40,021 bases of DNA from a virus (taxonomy: Duplodnaviria; Caudoviricetes): IMG/VR virus record IMGVR_UViG_3300044723_001202, positions 1 to 40,021 of that record; one strand, 5' to 3'. The notes beneath the pieces were generated by a model. That model saw only the letters and a list, made by a program, of their open reading frames with translations. It was not told where the DNA came from and did no database searches. Both the position numbers and the translations under genes were made by a program. Positions 1-9,487 of this stretch are shown here, in pieces. Numbering within the stretch: the stretch's first letter is position 1; each line of letters starts with the position of its first letter.

Positions 1-1203
1 CCCACTGGCGATACCAACAGGAAATGTTTTAACCTGTTCAACGCCGTTAACATTACAGATGCTTTTATGGAGGCAGTAGAACATGGAACAGAATGGCAAT
101 TACGAGACCCTAATGACGGAGATGTCCGAGATTCGATCCCAGCTAGAGACTTGTGGGAAAGAATACTTGAAGCTCGCTTCAGAACTGGCTCACCTTACTT
201 ACACTTCATCGACGAATCCAACCGAAGGTTACCAGATTCTCAGAAAGCACTTGGACTCGCAGTTAGAGGGTCTAACCTATGCTCTGAAATCACTCTCCCT
301 ACATCTGAAAAACGCACAGCAGTCTGTTGCCTTAGCTCGGTCAACCTCGAAAAGTACGACGAGTGGAAAGGAACAGGAATGGTTGCAGACTTGGTTCGAT
401 TCTTGGACAACGTCCTTGAATTCTTTATCAAAAATGCACCAAGAGAACTGGGAAAAGCTGTCTACTCAGCTAAAAGAGAAAGGTCTATCGGCCTAGGAGC
501 GATGGGTTGGCATGGGTATCTACAGCAGAATGAAATCCCGTGGAATAGCATTAGTGCAAAGTTTGCAAACCAGCGCATATTTGCTGATATACACGCACAG
601 GCCCACGCGGAAAGCTTACGTCTTGGCAAAGAGAAGGGTGAGGCACCTGACATGGCTGGGACGGGACGTCGTAACGCTCACCTTCTCGCTATCGCTCCAA
701 ACGCTAACAGTTCTATTATCTGTGGGTGCAGTGCTAGCATTGAGCCTATTAAGTCTAATGCTTATACCCATCGTACTCGTGCTGGTGCTCACCTCGTCAA
801 GAACCCAAACCTCGAGGAGGTCTTAGATGTTGTCGGCCACAATGACCAAGAAACGTGGAAAAGCATCGTTAATGCTCAGGGGTCTGTTCAGCACTTGGAG
901 TTCCTGTCGGACGAACAGAGGGATGTTTTTAAGACTGCGTATGAAATCGATCAAGGGGCCGTCGTTGACCATGCGGGTGATCGACAACCCTACATTTGCC
1001 AAGCACAATCCGTCAATCTATTCTTCCCTGCTGGCTCGCCGGCGTCTTATGTTAACTCGGTACACCTTCGAGCGTGGAAGTCTAAACTCAAATCCCTTTA
1101 TTACCTCCGCACAGATGCGGGTATCGAGGCGGATAAGGTTGGAGTCGCAGTTGAAAGAGTGGCTTTACAAGATGCGGAGGAGTGCTTGTCATGTCACGGC
1201 TAA
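1..1203 (+). CDS. nrdA: Ribonucleoside-diphosphate reductase class Ia alpha subunit (5' truncated by window)
   Basis: Frame is open from base 1 (PTGDTNRKCFNLFNAVNITDAFM...). Contains the NLCSEI active-site loop, AVCCLSS, IAPNANSS, the YYLR tyrosine pair and a C-terminal CLSC redox pair. Confidence 0.97.
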   Translation, partial: PTGDTNRKCFNLFNAVNITDAFMEAVEHGTEWQLRDPNDGDVRDSIPARDLWERILEARFRTGSPYLHFIDESNRRLPDSQKALGLAVRGSNLCSEITLPTSEKRTAVCCLSSVNLEKYDEWKGTGMVADLVRFLDNVLEFFIKNAPRELGKAVYSAKRERSIGLGAMGWHGYLQQNEIPWNSISAKFANQRIFADIHAQAHAESLRLGKEKGEAPDMAGTGRRNAHLLAIAPNANSSIICGCSASIEPIKSNAYTHRTRAGAHLVKNPNLEEVLDVVGHNDQETWKSIVNAQGSVQHLEFLSDEQRDVFKTAYEIDQGAVVDHAGDRQPYICQAQSVNLFFPAGSPASYVNSVHLRAWKSKLKSLYYLRTDAGIEADKVGVAVERVALQDAEECLSCHG

Positions 1204-1409
1204 CCCCTGACGTTACATGTAACATCTGCACGTGTGAGTTTGACATAGAGTCTGAGGGTGGAATGCAAGGGTACATCGGTATTATACCATTCTCCCTCTG
1301 CCCGATGTGCTTTAGCGGAATCATGGATATGTTTGAACAACTCAGTGGAGACTACGAAGATTATGGTGGACAAGACGGACAAAAGATGGCGGGAGATGAC
1401 GAGGAGTAG
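1191..1409 (+). CDS. Small putative Zn-ribbon protein (CNIC...CPMC) with acidic tail
   Basis: ATG at 1191 with GGAGG at 1176-1180, overlapping the nrdA end. Two CxxC pairs. Confidence 0.7.
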   Translation: MSRLTPDVTCNICTCEFDIESEGGMQGYIGIIPFSLCPMCFSGIMDMFEQLSGDYEDYGGQDGQKMAGDDEE

Positions 1410-1500
1410 TGCTGGTAAAGGTACTGCCCTACGACCAATGAACAAGAAAAAATATAACGATAATTGGGAAAAAATATTCGGTAGGGGAAAAGTAAAATGA
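1363..1500 (+). CDS. Small basic phage protein (GKG..RP.NKK.Y..NW..IF type), 45 aa
   Basis: ATG at 1363 inside track ORF 1258-1500, GGAG upstream, stop overlaps the next start (ATGA at 1497-1500). The motif resembles a small protein common in marine phages. Confidence 0.6.
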   Translation: MVDKTDKRWREMTRSSAGKGTALRPMNKKKYNDNWEKIFGRGKVK

Positions 1501-2009
1501 AAATTAAACTGACAAAAAAAGAGATGCATGAGTGCCAGATACTCGGGCAAGATACCGTCAAGATTTGTAAGATGCAAAAACTTCAGCCCCGGCTAGACAC
1601 TTCTGACGAAAATAGGGTGCTCTCTAACGTGCAAGGGTACAGAGCAGAGTACGCTGTTGCAAAAGTGTTCGGCTGTACTTTGCCTACTTTTAACATCGTA
1701 ACGGATGGTGGGGTGGATCTCTGGATTGATGACTTATCCGTAGACGTCAAGTTGACAAAGAAACCTGCGGGTGACCTCATCTTTGATGACTTCATAAAGT
1801 TTAATTCTGACATCGCGATCTTAGTCGCCACAACAAACGACGATAGCGTCTACGATATTATCGGTTGGATTGATCGACACAGTTTTGAGGCTAAAGCGAA
1901 AGATATGGACTACGGATATGGCCCGAGGAAAGTAGTTGAGAGCAAGAAGCTAACGCCGATTGAAAATTTATGGAAAGAGGTGGTTGACTCTCGGTTTGGT
2001 CCAGACTAA
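1497..2009 (+). CDS. Putative PD-(D/E)xK nuclease-fold protein
   Basis: G.RAE.AV helix, then DGGVDL and SVDVK, i.e. the E...D...DxK arrangement of restriction-endonuclease-like folds. Confidence 0.55.
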   Translation: MKIKLTKKEMHECQILGQDTVKICKMQKLQPRLDTSDENRVLSNVQGYRAEYAVAKVFGCTLPTFNIVTDGGVDLWIDDLSVDVKLTKKPAGDLIFDDFIKFNSDIAILVATTNDDSVYDIIGWIDRHSFEAKAKDMDYGYGPRKVVESKKLTPIENLWKEVVDSRFGPD

Positions 2010-2066
2010 GATAGGTAGTGGGACATAAGTTTTCTCCCCTAGCCGGATTGATCCCCGGCGTTTTGT

Positions 2067-2090
2067 GGGCCCTTCGGGGCCTTTTTTTTT
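2067..2090 (+). terminator. Intrinsic terminator
   Basis: GGCCC-TTCG-GGGCC hairpin (2068-2081) followed by 9 T. Confidence 0.85.
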
Positions 2091-2117
2091 CCAACAAATA
2101 AAACACAAGGACTTACG

Positions 2118-3104
2118 ATGTCTTTATTAGAAGAATCAAAAGTTTACAAACCATTCAAGTATCCGTGGGCTGTGGAGTACGCAGTTTCTCATGAGAAGGT
2201 TCACTGGGGAGAATGGGAAGCAAAACTGCAAGAGGATGTGGCACAGTGGCAAGGAGGCAAGCTCTCGGCGCAGGAGAAGCACCATATAACTCAGATCCTC
2301 AAGCTGTTCACACAGTCTGACGTACAGGTAGGTACAAACTACCTCGAGTACTACATCCCAAAGCTCAAGAACAACGAGATCCGTGCGATGCTAACGTCGT
2401 TTGCGAACCGAGAGTTTGTCCATCAGCGTAGCTACGCTCTGCTTAACGACACCCTCGGGTTGCCGGAGTCAGAGTTCTCTGCGTTCCGCGAGTATCAAGC
2501 AATGGCTGATAAAGTTGATTACATGGCTGACATTGATATGCACAGCGTATCTGGTATAGCGAAAGCAATTGCTCGGAGCGTGATGAATGAGGGGATGAGT
2601 CTCTTCAGTGCCTTTGCGATGCTCTTAAACTACCAACGGTTTGGTAAGATGCGCGGCATGTGTGAGATCGTCGAGTGGTCTATCCGTGACGAGTCGATGC
2701 ACTGTGAAGGAATGGTTAAATTATTTAGGGAGTTTTGTGATGAACATCCACGTATTGTTACTGATGATTTCAAAAAAGATATCTACGACATGTTCCGAGG
2801 TGCAGTCGCACTTGAAGACAAGGTTATCGATAATGCATACGAGATGGGACATGTGGAAGGTGTCACGGCGGAAGAGATCAAACAATACATCCGATACTTA
2901 GCAGACCGTCGTCTGATCATGCTCGGGCTCAAGGGTAACTGGAAGGTCAAGGAGAACCCCCTAGAGTGGCTTGACTGGGTTGTGAATGGGGCGAGCCACA
3001 AGAACTTCTTTGAGGGCACTGTGACGGACTACAATGCGAATGGGATGGTAGGTGACTGGGGTTGGCCGGAAGCACAGGAGGAACGTGTGGAGGTAGCCGC
3101 ATGA
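2118..3104 (+). CDS. nrdB: Ribonucleoside-diphosphate reductase class Ia beta subunit
   Basis: Starts YKPFKYPWA. Diiron ligands in QSD, NREFVH, NEG and RDESMH, radical Tyr in HQRSY, C-terminal NFFE..VTDY. AAGGA upstream. Confidence 0.97.
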   Translation: MSLLEESKVYKPFKYPWAVEYAVSHEKVHWGEWEAKLQEDVAQWQGGKLSAQEKHHITQILKLFTQSDVQVGTNYLEYYIPKLKNNEIRAMLTSFANREFVHQRSYALLNDTLGLPESEFSAFREYQAMADKVDYMADIDMHSVSGIAKAIARSVMNEGMSLFSAFAMLLNYQRFGKMRGMCEIVEWSIRDESMHCEGMVKLFREFCDEHPRIVTDDFKKDIYDMFRGAVALEDKVIDNAYEMGHVEGVTAEEIKQYIRYLADRRLIMLGLKGNWKVKENPLEWLDWVVNGASHKNFFEGTVTDYNANGMVGDWGWPEAQEERVEVAA

Positions 3105-3283
3105 CAGACGCACGTGTGCAAAAGATGCTGGACCGTCTGAAATTACAAATGGAGGCTTGTGAATTAAACCCGATGGTTGGAAACAAAAAAGTTCTTGAAG
3201 ATGCACATAACATGATATATGATTTACGGAACAGGCTCAGACATAGGAAGCCATACGATTGGGACCGGGAGGGTGGCCGGTAG
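3101..3283 (+). CDS. Hypothetical protein, 60 aa (MTDARVQKM...)
   Basis: ATGA overlap with the nrdB stop at 3101-3104, GGAGG upstream. Confidence 0.65.
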   Translation: MTDARVQKMLDRLKLQMEACELNPMVGNKKVLEDAHNMIYDLRNRLRHRKPYDWDREGGR

Positions 3284-3322
3284 GTCACCCACATAACAAC
3301 CTCATGGATTGTGTATAAACCT

Positions 3323-3532
3323 ATGGCAGAACAAAAATCAAACTTACTTAACTTTACAATAGAGTTAAACCGTGATGGAAACATTGAATTTAATCTTGAC
3401 TGTGTCAGCACCATCGATATGGAGCGGACCCTACGCGCACTGGGTGATCCTACTTACGGACACAAGGTTGGGAATATTGTGAGACACTACTTCCGTAGCC
3501 TCCAAGAAAAGATCAAAGAAGAGCGCACATAA
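3323..3532 (+). CDS. Hypothetical protein, about 69 aa (MAEQKSNLLNF...)
   Basis: Last + strand ORF before the convergent terminator. Start is ATG 3323 or GTG 3311. Confidence 0.6.
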   Translation: MAEQKSNLLNFTIELNRDGNIEFNLDCVSTIDMERTLRALGDPTYGHKVGNIVRHYFRSLQEKIKEERT

Positions 3533-3552
3533 AAAAGGGCCTCGTAGGGCCC
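3531..3552 (-). terminator. Intrinsic terminator ending the late (minus-strand) arm at the convergence of the two arms
   Basis: Minus strand reads GGGCC-CTACGA-GGCCC-TTTTTT, just downstream of the last minus gene. Confidence 0.7.
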
Positions 3553-3575
3553 AATGGTGGGGTGTGTCTTTGTTA

Positions 3576-3812
3576 TTATAGGTTATCCATTCGATTCACG
3601 TTAAACCGTGACTTCGATCCGCCTGTGTTTTTATTACGCCGCATACTGTTTCTAATATCAACGGCGGAAGCTAACGCTCCTCCAGTAAGGGCGGCCCCTA
3701 TTCCAATGGCTAATCCTTTACCTACATCGCCAAGTGCCTTATCGATCTTTTCGCTTTCTGACATATCAGCTTTACGTGGCTTAGAGCCTTCTGCGTAGTT
3801 CTTGTCCGCCAT
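3576..3812 (-). CDS. Small protein with a central Gly/Ala hydrophobic segment and basic tail, possibly virion-associated
   Basis: ATG 1 nt after the upstream stop. GLAIGIGAALTGGALASAV segment; N-terminal YAEGSKPRK. Confidence 0.65.
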   Translation of the reverse strand: MADKNYAEGSKPRKADMSESEKIDKALGDVGKGLAIGIGAALTGGALASAVDIRNSMRRNKNTGGSKSRFNVNRMDNL

Positions 3813-3813
3813 C

Positions 3814-4215
3814 TTACTTCTTCCTTGCCTTTCCGCCGTACATCTTCTTGTCGTTCGGTGTGTAGGACTTCGCGGTAGATGCGTCGGTTGTAGACATTAC
3901 CTCACGTGCTCTCTTGACGATTGAATCAAAGTCCTTACCAGTAGGTAAGCTGTCGATAATACTTTGCATCCGCTTCTTATCAGTGTCAGAGATGCGTCCT
4001 TCTCCGGTGGTTTTACTGATTAAATCCCGTAGTTTCTGTTGGGCTTCTGCATGTGATTTCTTTGTCGTAAACATGTCTTGTTTTAGGCCCATTGCACGAG
4101 ACATAGCCTCTACATCTCTATCTGAAGTGCGTCCACCGCTTACCATCTTCTTTGTGGGTTTTGCCATTCCGCCGTACATCATCGGCTTGCGGCCCGGGTT
4201 TGAATAGTTCTTCAT
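3814..4215 (-). CDS. Small basic protein with repeated xxGG motifs, probable internal virion protein
   Basis: ATGA overlap with the 1751-aa gene, GGAG RBS. Contains MMYGG, MVSGG and KMYGG. Confidence 0.75.
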   Translation of the reverse strand: MKNYSNPGRKPMMYGGMAKPTKKMVSGGRTSDRDVEAMSRAMGLKQDMFTTKKSHAEAQQKLRDLISKTTGEGRISDTDKKRMQSIIDSLPTGKDFDSIVKRAREVMSTTDASTAKSYTPNDKKMYGGKARKK

Positions 4216-7200
4216 TGTTGAACTCCTTGCGATTCAAATTGTTTAGTACTGAGACCCAACTTTCGGAACTCCTCTTCAATCGGGCCGGGTTTTCTAGGTT
4301 TAGCTTCGGGCATAGCTTCTTCTGCCGCAACCCGTGTTTCCATTTCAGCGTAGGGGTCAACTCTCCCTGTGCTGACTCTCTCTTTGGAAAGTCTTTCTCC
4401 TACTCCGAGTTCTAGCGGAGATACCCCACGCTCCATGTACGTTTGGAGGGACAGGGGTTTCTCATCCGTAATACCGAAGAAGAATCTAGCGGCCTCGTCG
4501 CGAGCACTGTATTCATTACGTGCCTCACTCGCGACAACTTCCGTAAACAAAACACGTGAAAACTTAGGCTCTGTCTTATACTCTGGAACTTTGTTCGTCT
4601 CTACAATGTTCAAGACCTGTCGTGCAACTTCTCGATCTGTCAGCATCGCTCGGAGAAGTGCTCCACTGTGCTGACGACTCGCACGAATGATTGATTCTGT
4701 AGCTACCCACTGGACAGATACGACACCCCGGTTGATGTTGTAAATACGGGATAGAACGGAATCGAGAGAGATTGAAGATACGTGGGCGTCGATATTTGAT
4801 CCGGCAGGAGCAGGATCGACTTTACGTATTGTGTCGGCAATTAGCCCCCACGTTTCTACTGCATCTGTACCGAGAACTTGCTCGAGGCGAGCCCGCTGTG
4901 CTGAGTCTGGGGCACCAATCATGTTATAGATTTTTTGTGCGCTAACTTCATACTGCGGTGCGTCGACGCTCACCCCGTCGGCACGGAGAATCTGGTTGTT
5001 ACCGACGTACACTTGTGTATTGGTATTGATGTGGTTGTTGACTGATCTCTGGATAAAGTTATCGATGTACGCAGGATCATACCCGTCGTCAGCTAATTGA
5101 GAGCGTAAACGTGAAAGGTCTTGCCTGCCGTCACGATTAATGAACATATCGTAGAGACTAGACTCAAGTTCTGTTTCTGTTACAAATGATCGAACGTCAC
5201 CCCGAGCTTGGGCGATGAGTCCGAGATCAACCTGCATCCCAAACAAACGATTCTGTACTGACTTAACAAAAGCGATCTCTTCTTGTGCGAGAGCTTCAAT
5301 ACCGATGGGTTCACCCCGAGGTCCGCGCTCTGTCATCGCCTCAATAACTTCGTCTTCCATCGTGTTAACGAGCTCATCCGCTTCTTTGAATTCATCTACG
5401 AGTTCGAGGCGGTTCTTTTCGTAAGCTGTTAAGCCTATCGCACCGAAGACTTCTTCTTCGTTAACAAAACGAACAGGGGCACCGTTTTTCATCGCCGGTA
5501 CAACAGCCCCGTTTTTATCTCGAGTGTACACCTGAATATTGAAGATGGAACGGAACATGTTTTCGTCGTACTTTAGGACCAAGTTGGGGTCAAAGATTTT
5601 ATTACCCCGTGCGTCTGTCTCTAAGACTTCTTGGAAAGTAGCCGCTAGGATACCCTGCATGTGTCTTGTAACGACGGCTTGCAGTTGCTTCCCTACTTCA
5701 CCCACAAACTGCTCGTCCGGGTTAGAGCTATCAAAGATAATCCTGTACTCACCGGTAGCTTCGTCGTAAACTCCACCCACTTTAGCGAGAGCTCTCTCGA
5801 AGTTATCGTAGAGCATGAAGCCAGAAAGGGGAGCACCCTCTGTGTTTGCTCTCTTTTTAACCCGTGTGAATAATTGGTCAAGCCAATTCGTTGGTAGCTT
5901 ATCCTGATCCGTTTTACTAAAACTCCGCGCAAAATCTGCGAGAAGCTCATCTTCATCGAGCTCGTTGAGTGCGGAAGCGGGACCCATTGATGCCGTCTTA
6001 ACCTTAGCGTTTAACTCCGAGTCCCAAGTTTTAATCTGACGATCCCGCGTGTAACGGTCGATAACCTGTGTACGGTAGTAATCCTGAATGCTACGGAACT
6101 GCTCGTAGACCTCGTCTGCGACTATCTCTGGTGATTCTCCGGTGAGCCATCCCGACATGAATGCTCCACCGTTAACCTCACCGTCAATCTCTTTCTTGCC
6201 GACGGCTTGCCACCGGTCGTACAAACCGAAGTAGGCCTGCTGTCGGCCTGCATCTGTCGAACGAATTACTTTGCCTAAGTGTGAGTTAACCTTACGCCAC
6301 TCCGCTGAGTTAACCAGCATCGGCATATTGTTAATCATCTTTGTCATTTTGCCTTGAGCTAACGTAAGTTCTTCGCCCTTGAGGCCAAGACCCTTGGTTA
6401 ATATTCCGGGCTCTTCCTGTGCGATTCTCCGTAGCTCTTGCCACTGACGTAGGGGAGATGCACCGTCAAGATCGAGATCGCTAAGGATACGTGAGAGTTG
6501 TCCATTAGACTTTTGATCCATTAGGTTTAAGCCGCGCTTAGCCGCATTTGCAAACAGCGAAGCAAAGGCTTTGCGGTCGGAGGGGATCATCGTCGCCCCC
6601 TCGAGGCGGAGTGCTCCCTGTGCCATCGCAGGGGTGCCTACTGCATCGAGCTCCTCGTACTTCCCGAGCATGAGTGCGTCGAACGTATCCGCAACGTTGG
6701 CGTGTACATCAGCATTGTCTCTGTCGAATGCGAGGTAACGTTTTGCGACTTCCCCGTCAATTAGAGACCGGCGGTACGCGATGAGATTAGCAAACTGGTA
6801 GCCCGCACGACCGGTCGAGGCTTCGCCTACGTTAATCTTTCTGGTGAATCGGTCGAGGAACTCGAAGTTTTCTTGGCGTAGCTCATCAATTTTGTTTAAA
6901 CTTTGCTCAAAATTAACCTGTGGAGTGAGTACGAGACTCTGTACCTCCGCACTCATTCCATCCATGATGGTGTTTATTTCATCGTTGTAGGAGTCGGAGA
7001 GTAGGCGATGTAGGTCATCGTCTGCTACGTCCACTGCTTCCATCGCAACGTGCAGTGTTTCCTTGTTCTTCTTTACGATCTCCGTGAGAGATGCGCGTTC
7101 TGCATCGATTCGTTTTTGTTGGCCGAGTACGAATCCTCTCATTTGATCTGCCATGATTGAAATGGGATCGTCGTCGGAGAGTCCGGCTTGGAGTTTAACG

Positions 7201-9467
7201 TCGAGAAGTTTCTGGGTCGCTACAGCAAGCTGAGTGATGAGTTCGCCTTGTCCTTGAATTACGGCGCGTTTTTCCACAATAGCGGGAGCAATATCCTCGA
7301 GACCTGTTGCAATGAGACGCTGGTTAAGCTGACGAGAAACATCGATGAGTTCTGCGATACCCGACATCGTAGCAATGTTACTGATTGTTAGGTCTTGATC
7401 GATATCAATATTGAGTTTCGCGCCGAGCTCGACAAGACGCAACCGCATGTTTGAGTGTTGCTTCAAACCGTCCATCATTGCTTGTTGGAATTCAGAAGGT
7501 TGCTCCGCTACTTTACGGAGGACTGCCATTGCTTCCTTGTTAAGTTTATTTTCTTTGAGGAGTTTCTTTGCGTACTCACTATCGTAACCGAGTCTGAATT
7601 CTTCCCAGAACTTCGGATTAAAATCTACGCCCCGTGCGAGGGCCGCAATCTGGTTTAGTACGTACAATCCTTGACGCCCTCCGGCGGCCGCCATATCTTT
7701 TGTTGTACCGAGCTTTGCGGTAAGAGGAAAGACAGAAGAAAGTGCTCCTCCGATCTCGAGAGTCATCATCTGACCAGAGCCCTGCTGTACACCGAAGAAT
7801 TGTTGACCTAGTTGCGTGAATGCAACGGTAGCTCCGACGGTGACGCCTGCTTCTGCGTAGAGATCGCGGATGTATTTTGGCGTTAATTCCCTGTAGAGAA
7901 GTGTCTGCTGTTGCTCCCGCAATCCAGCAAGTACCTTTTGTTGACGCTTAACAACATCAGTCTTACCTGTTGATCTGGCCGCTTTAATCGTAGCCATTGT
8001 TTCTTCAACTTGCTTGGCGATAGAAGCGAAGTTTGATTGGAGTAACTCTTTTCTTTCGACTCCGGGTTGTCTGACCATAAGTCCGAATGCGAGGTCGAGG
8101 TCCTCAGCAACACGTCGTTGAACTTTTTCGTTGGTGAAGGTTTCAATGTACTTTTGTACAACTTCTTTAGGTGTTTGAGGGGTCTCAGCAGTACGGGCTT
8201 TGTTGAAAGCTTCGATAATGTCGTCTGTTTCCCACGTTTCCTTTAAGTACTTTTGAAGTCCGGGTATTCTCTTAGTTGCTTGGGAGACTTTGTAGAGCTC
8301 CACTCCCTTATACAAGCCGAGTTCTACTACACCGTAGCGTAACAACGACGGGACGATACCTCGTGGAGCAAAAATCTCTTCGATAATTTCTGGGTTGTAA
8401 ATTTGTCCGGAGCGTTCTTCTACCAGTGTCTGTAAGTCAAACGCCTGCTTAACACTCAGGAAATCTTGTAGGGCGTCAAATCCTTTACCCGTTGCTTCTT
8501 TACGTCTTTCAAACTCTTCCTCGGTAATAGCAGAGTCTCCGCCGATGCCGAGTTGAACAGCTTCCATAATAACTTCAGTCGTCAAGAACTTAGCAACTGT
8601 AGTAGTCACACCTGTGGCAATATCTGGGGGTAGGGTCATCGCAAAGATACTCAAGTCATTGAGATCTTTCATTACGATGTCGCCTTCGTAACGCCCTGTT
8701 GCTACACCGCGCATTGCGAGGGTGCGAGCTATACGGTTCTTCATGCCCAACTTTTCGAGTTTTTGGTCGAGTTCGCGGAGTTGTCCCTCCCCCATCACCC
8801 TACCAGTGACAGTAGTGGCAATGTCTTGTCCTGCCGCAATAATATCGTCAACAACGCCAGTAGACTCTCCCGGTTGAGTGTACGCTTTAAGCTCACGTGT
8901 TGTAGTGAGGGTGAACATATCTTCGACTTCAGTACCATTTACAGGTACAGTAATCTTGTTTCCGTTCTCGTCGTACTTAGGTAGGTAGCCGCCTTCATAG
9001 CGCAACAGGATACGGTACTTGTCTGCAACCGACAGGTTTGGATCGGAGAATGCCATCTTCTTTCGATCCAGAGTATAAAAATGAGTCGCCTTACTCAGGT
9101 GGTACACTTGCTCTCTTGTGATGGGGTCTTGACCTGCGGACCGTTGAATTGCTAGGTCCTGTGTTCTACGGGCTATTTCCCCTGCGGGTCCCGGAAGAAC
9201 TGTGTAAGGCGTGAGCACAGAAGTGTCTTGACCCGGCTCACGAAAACCTCCTAGGGGTGTGCGCTCTCTTTGGGCAAAGAGTGCACGTACCTGCTCGTCT
9301 GTTCCCATCGACTCATCGTACGGACTTCTCGCAAGACCTTGTATCACGTTCGGGTCAGTGCCCTGTGGCGTTTCGGCAATCTCTCGCTCAGACCGGATCT
9401 GTGGAACAGGGGCCACTGCTTGTGTCTGCTCTTCTTCCTTATTAGGATCGAGTGTCACGTCTACCAT
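4212..9467 (-). CDS. Large internal virion / DNA-ejection protein (functional analogue of T7 gp16), 1751 aa
   Basis: Very long helical-looking ORF at the end of a podovirus late operon, with hydrophobic Gly/Ala segments near aa 540-585. No recognisable enzyme motif. Function is inferred from size and position. Confidence 0.7.
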   Translation of the reverse strand: MVDVTLDPNKEEEQTQAVAPVPQIRSEREIAETPQGTDPNVIQGLARSPYDESMGTDEQVRALFAQRERTPLGGFREPGQDTSVLTPYTVLPGPAGEIARRTQDLAIQRSAGQDPITREQVYHLSKATHFYTLDRKKMAFSDPNLSVADKYRILLRYEGGYLPKYDENGNKITVPVNGTEVEDMFTLTTTRELKAYTQPGESTGVVDDIIAAGQDIATTVTGRVMGEGQLRELDQKLEKLGMKNRIARTLAMRGVATGRYEGDIVMKDLNDLSIFAMTLPPDIATGVTTTVAKFLTTEVIMEAVQLGIGGDSAITEEEFERRKEATGKGFDALQDFLSVKQAFDLQTLVEERSGQIYNPEIIEEIFAPRGIVPSLLRYGVVELGLYKGVELYKVSQATKRIPGLQKYLKETWETDDIIEAFNKARTAETPQTPKEVVQKYIETFTNEKVQRRVAEDLDLAFGLMVRQPGVERKELLQSNFASIAKQVEETMATIKAARSTGKTDVVKRQQKVLAGLREQQQTLLYRELTPKYIRDLYAEAGVTVGATVAFTQLGQQFFGVQQGSGQMMTLEIGGALSSVFPLTAKLGTTKDMAAAGGRQGLYVLNQIAALARGVDFNPKFWEEFRLGYDSEYAKKLLKENKLNKEAMAVLRKVAEQPSEFQQAMMDGLKQHSNMRLRLVELGAKLNIDIDQDLTISNIATMSGIAELIDVSRQLNQRLIATGLEDIAPAIVEKRAVIQGQGELITQLAVATQKLLDVKLQAGLSDDDPISIMADQMRGFVLGQQKRIDAERASLTEIVKKNKETLHVAMEAVDVADDDLHRLLSDSYNDEINTIMDGMSAEVQSLVLTPQVNFEQSLNKIDELRQENFEFLDRFTRKINVGEASTGRAGYQFANLIAYRRSLIDGEVAKRYLAFDRDNADVHANVADTFDALMLGKYEELDAVGTPAMAQGALRLEGATMIPSDRKAFASLFANAAKRGLNLMDQKSNGQLSRILSDLDLDGASPLRQWQELRRIAQEEPGILTKGLGLKGEELTLAQGKMTKMINNMPMLVNSAEWRKVNSHLGKVIRSTDAGRQQAYFGLYDRWQAVGKKEIDGEVNGGAFMSGWLTGESPEIVADEVYEQFRSIQDYYRTQVIDRYTRDRQIKTWDSELNAKVKTASMGPASALNELDEDELLADFARSFSKTDQDKLPTNWLDQLFTRVKKRANTEGAPLSGFMLYDNFERALAKVGGVYDEATGEYRIIFDSSNPDEQFVGEVGKQLQAVVTRHMQGILAATFQEVLETDARGNKIFDPNLVLKYDENMFRSIFNIQVYTRDKNGAVVPAMKNGAPVRFVNEEEVFGAIGLTAYEKNRLELVDEFKEADELVNTMEDEVIEAMTERGPRGEPIGIEALAQEEIAFVKSVQNRLFGMQVDLGLIAQARGDVRSFVTETELESSLYDMFINRDGRQDLSRLRSQLADDGYDPAYIDNFIQRSVNNHINTNTQVYVGNNQILRADGVSVDAPQYEVSAQKIYNMIGAPDSAQRARLEQVLGTDAVETWGLIADTIRKVDPAPAGSNIDAHVSSISLDSVLSRIYNINRGVVSVQWVATESIIRASRQHSGALLRAMLTDREVARQVLNIVETNKVPEYKTEPKFSRVLFTEVVASEARNEYSARDEAARFFFGITDEKPLSLQTYMERGVSPLELGVGERLSKERVSTGRVDPYAEMETRVAAEEAMPEAKPRKPGPIEEEFRKLGLSTKQFESQGVQQ

Positions 9468-9487
9468 TTACTTCGTGTCCTTTGTCT

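Noticed and set aside
83-1210. Overlapping + strand ORFs in frame 2 of nrdA (137, 104 and 127 aa)
   Set aside because: Off-frame shadows of a strongly conserved gene. nrdA itself is uninterrupted here, with no intein or intron seen.
4212-9467. Virion RNA polymerase or lytic transglycosylase domain in the 1751-aa protein
   Set aside because: No DxDGD, T7-type polymerase or SLT motifs were recognisable by eye. A profile search is needed to exclude remote domains.
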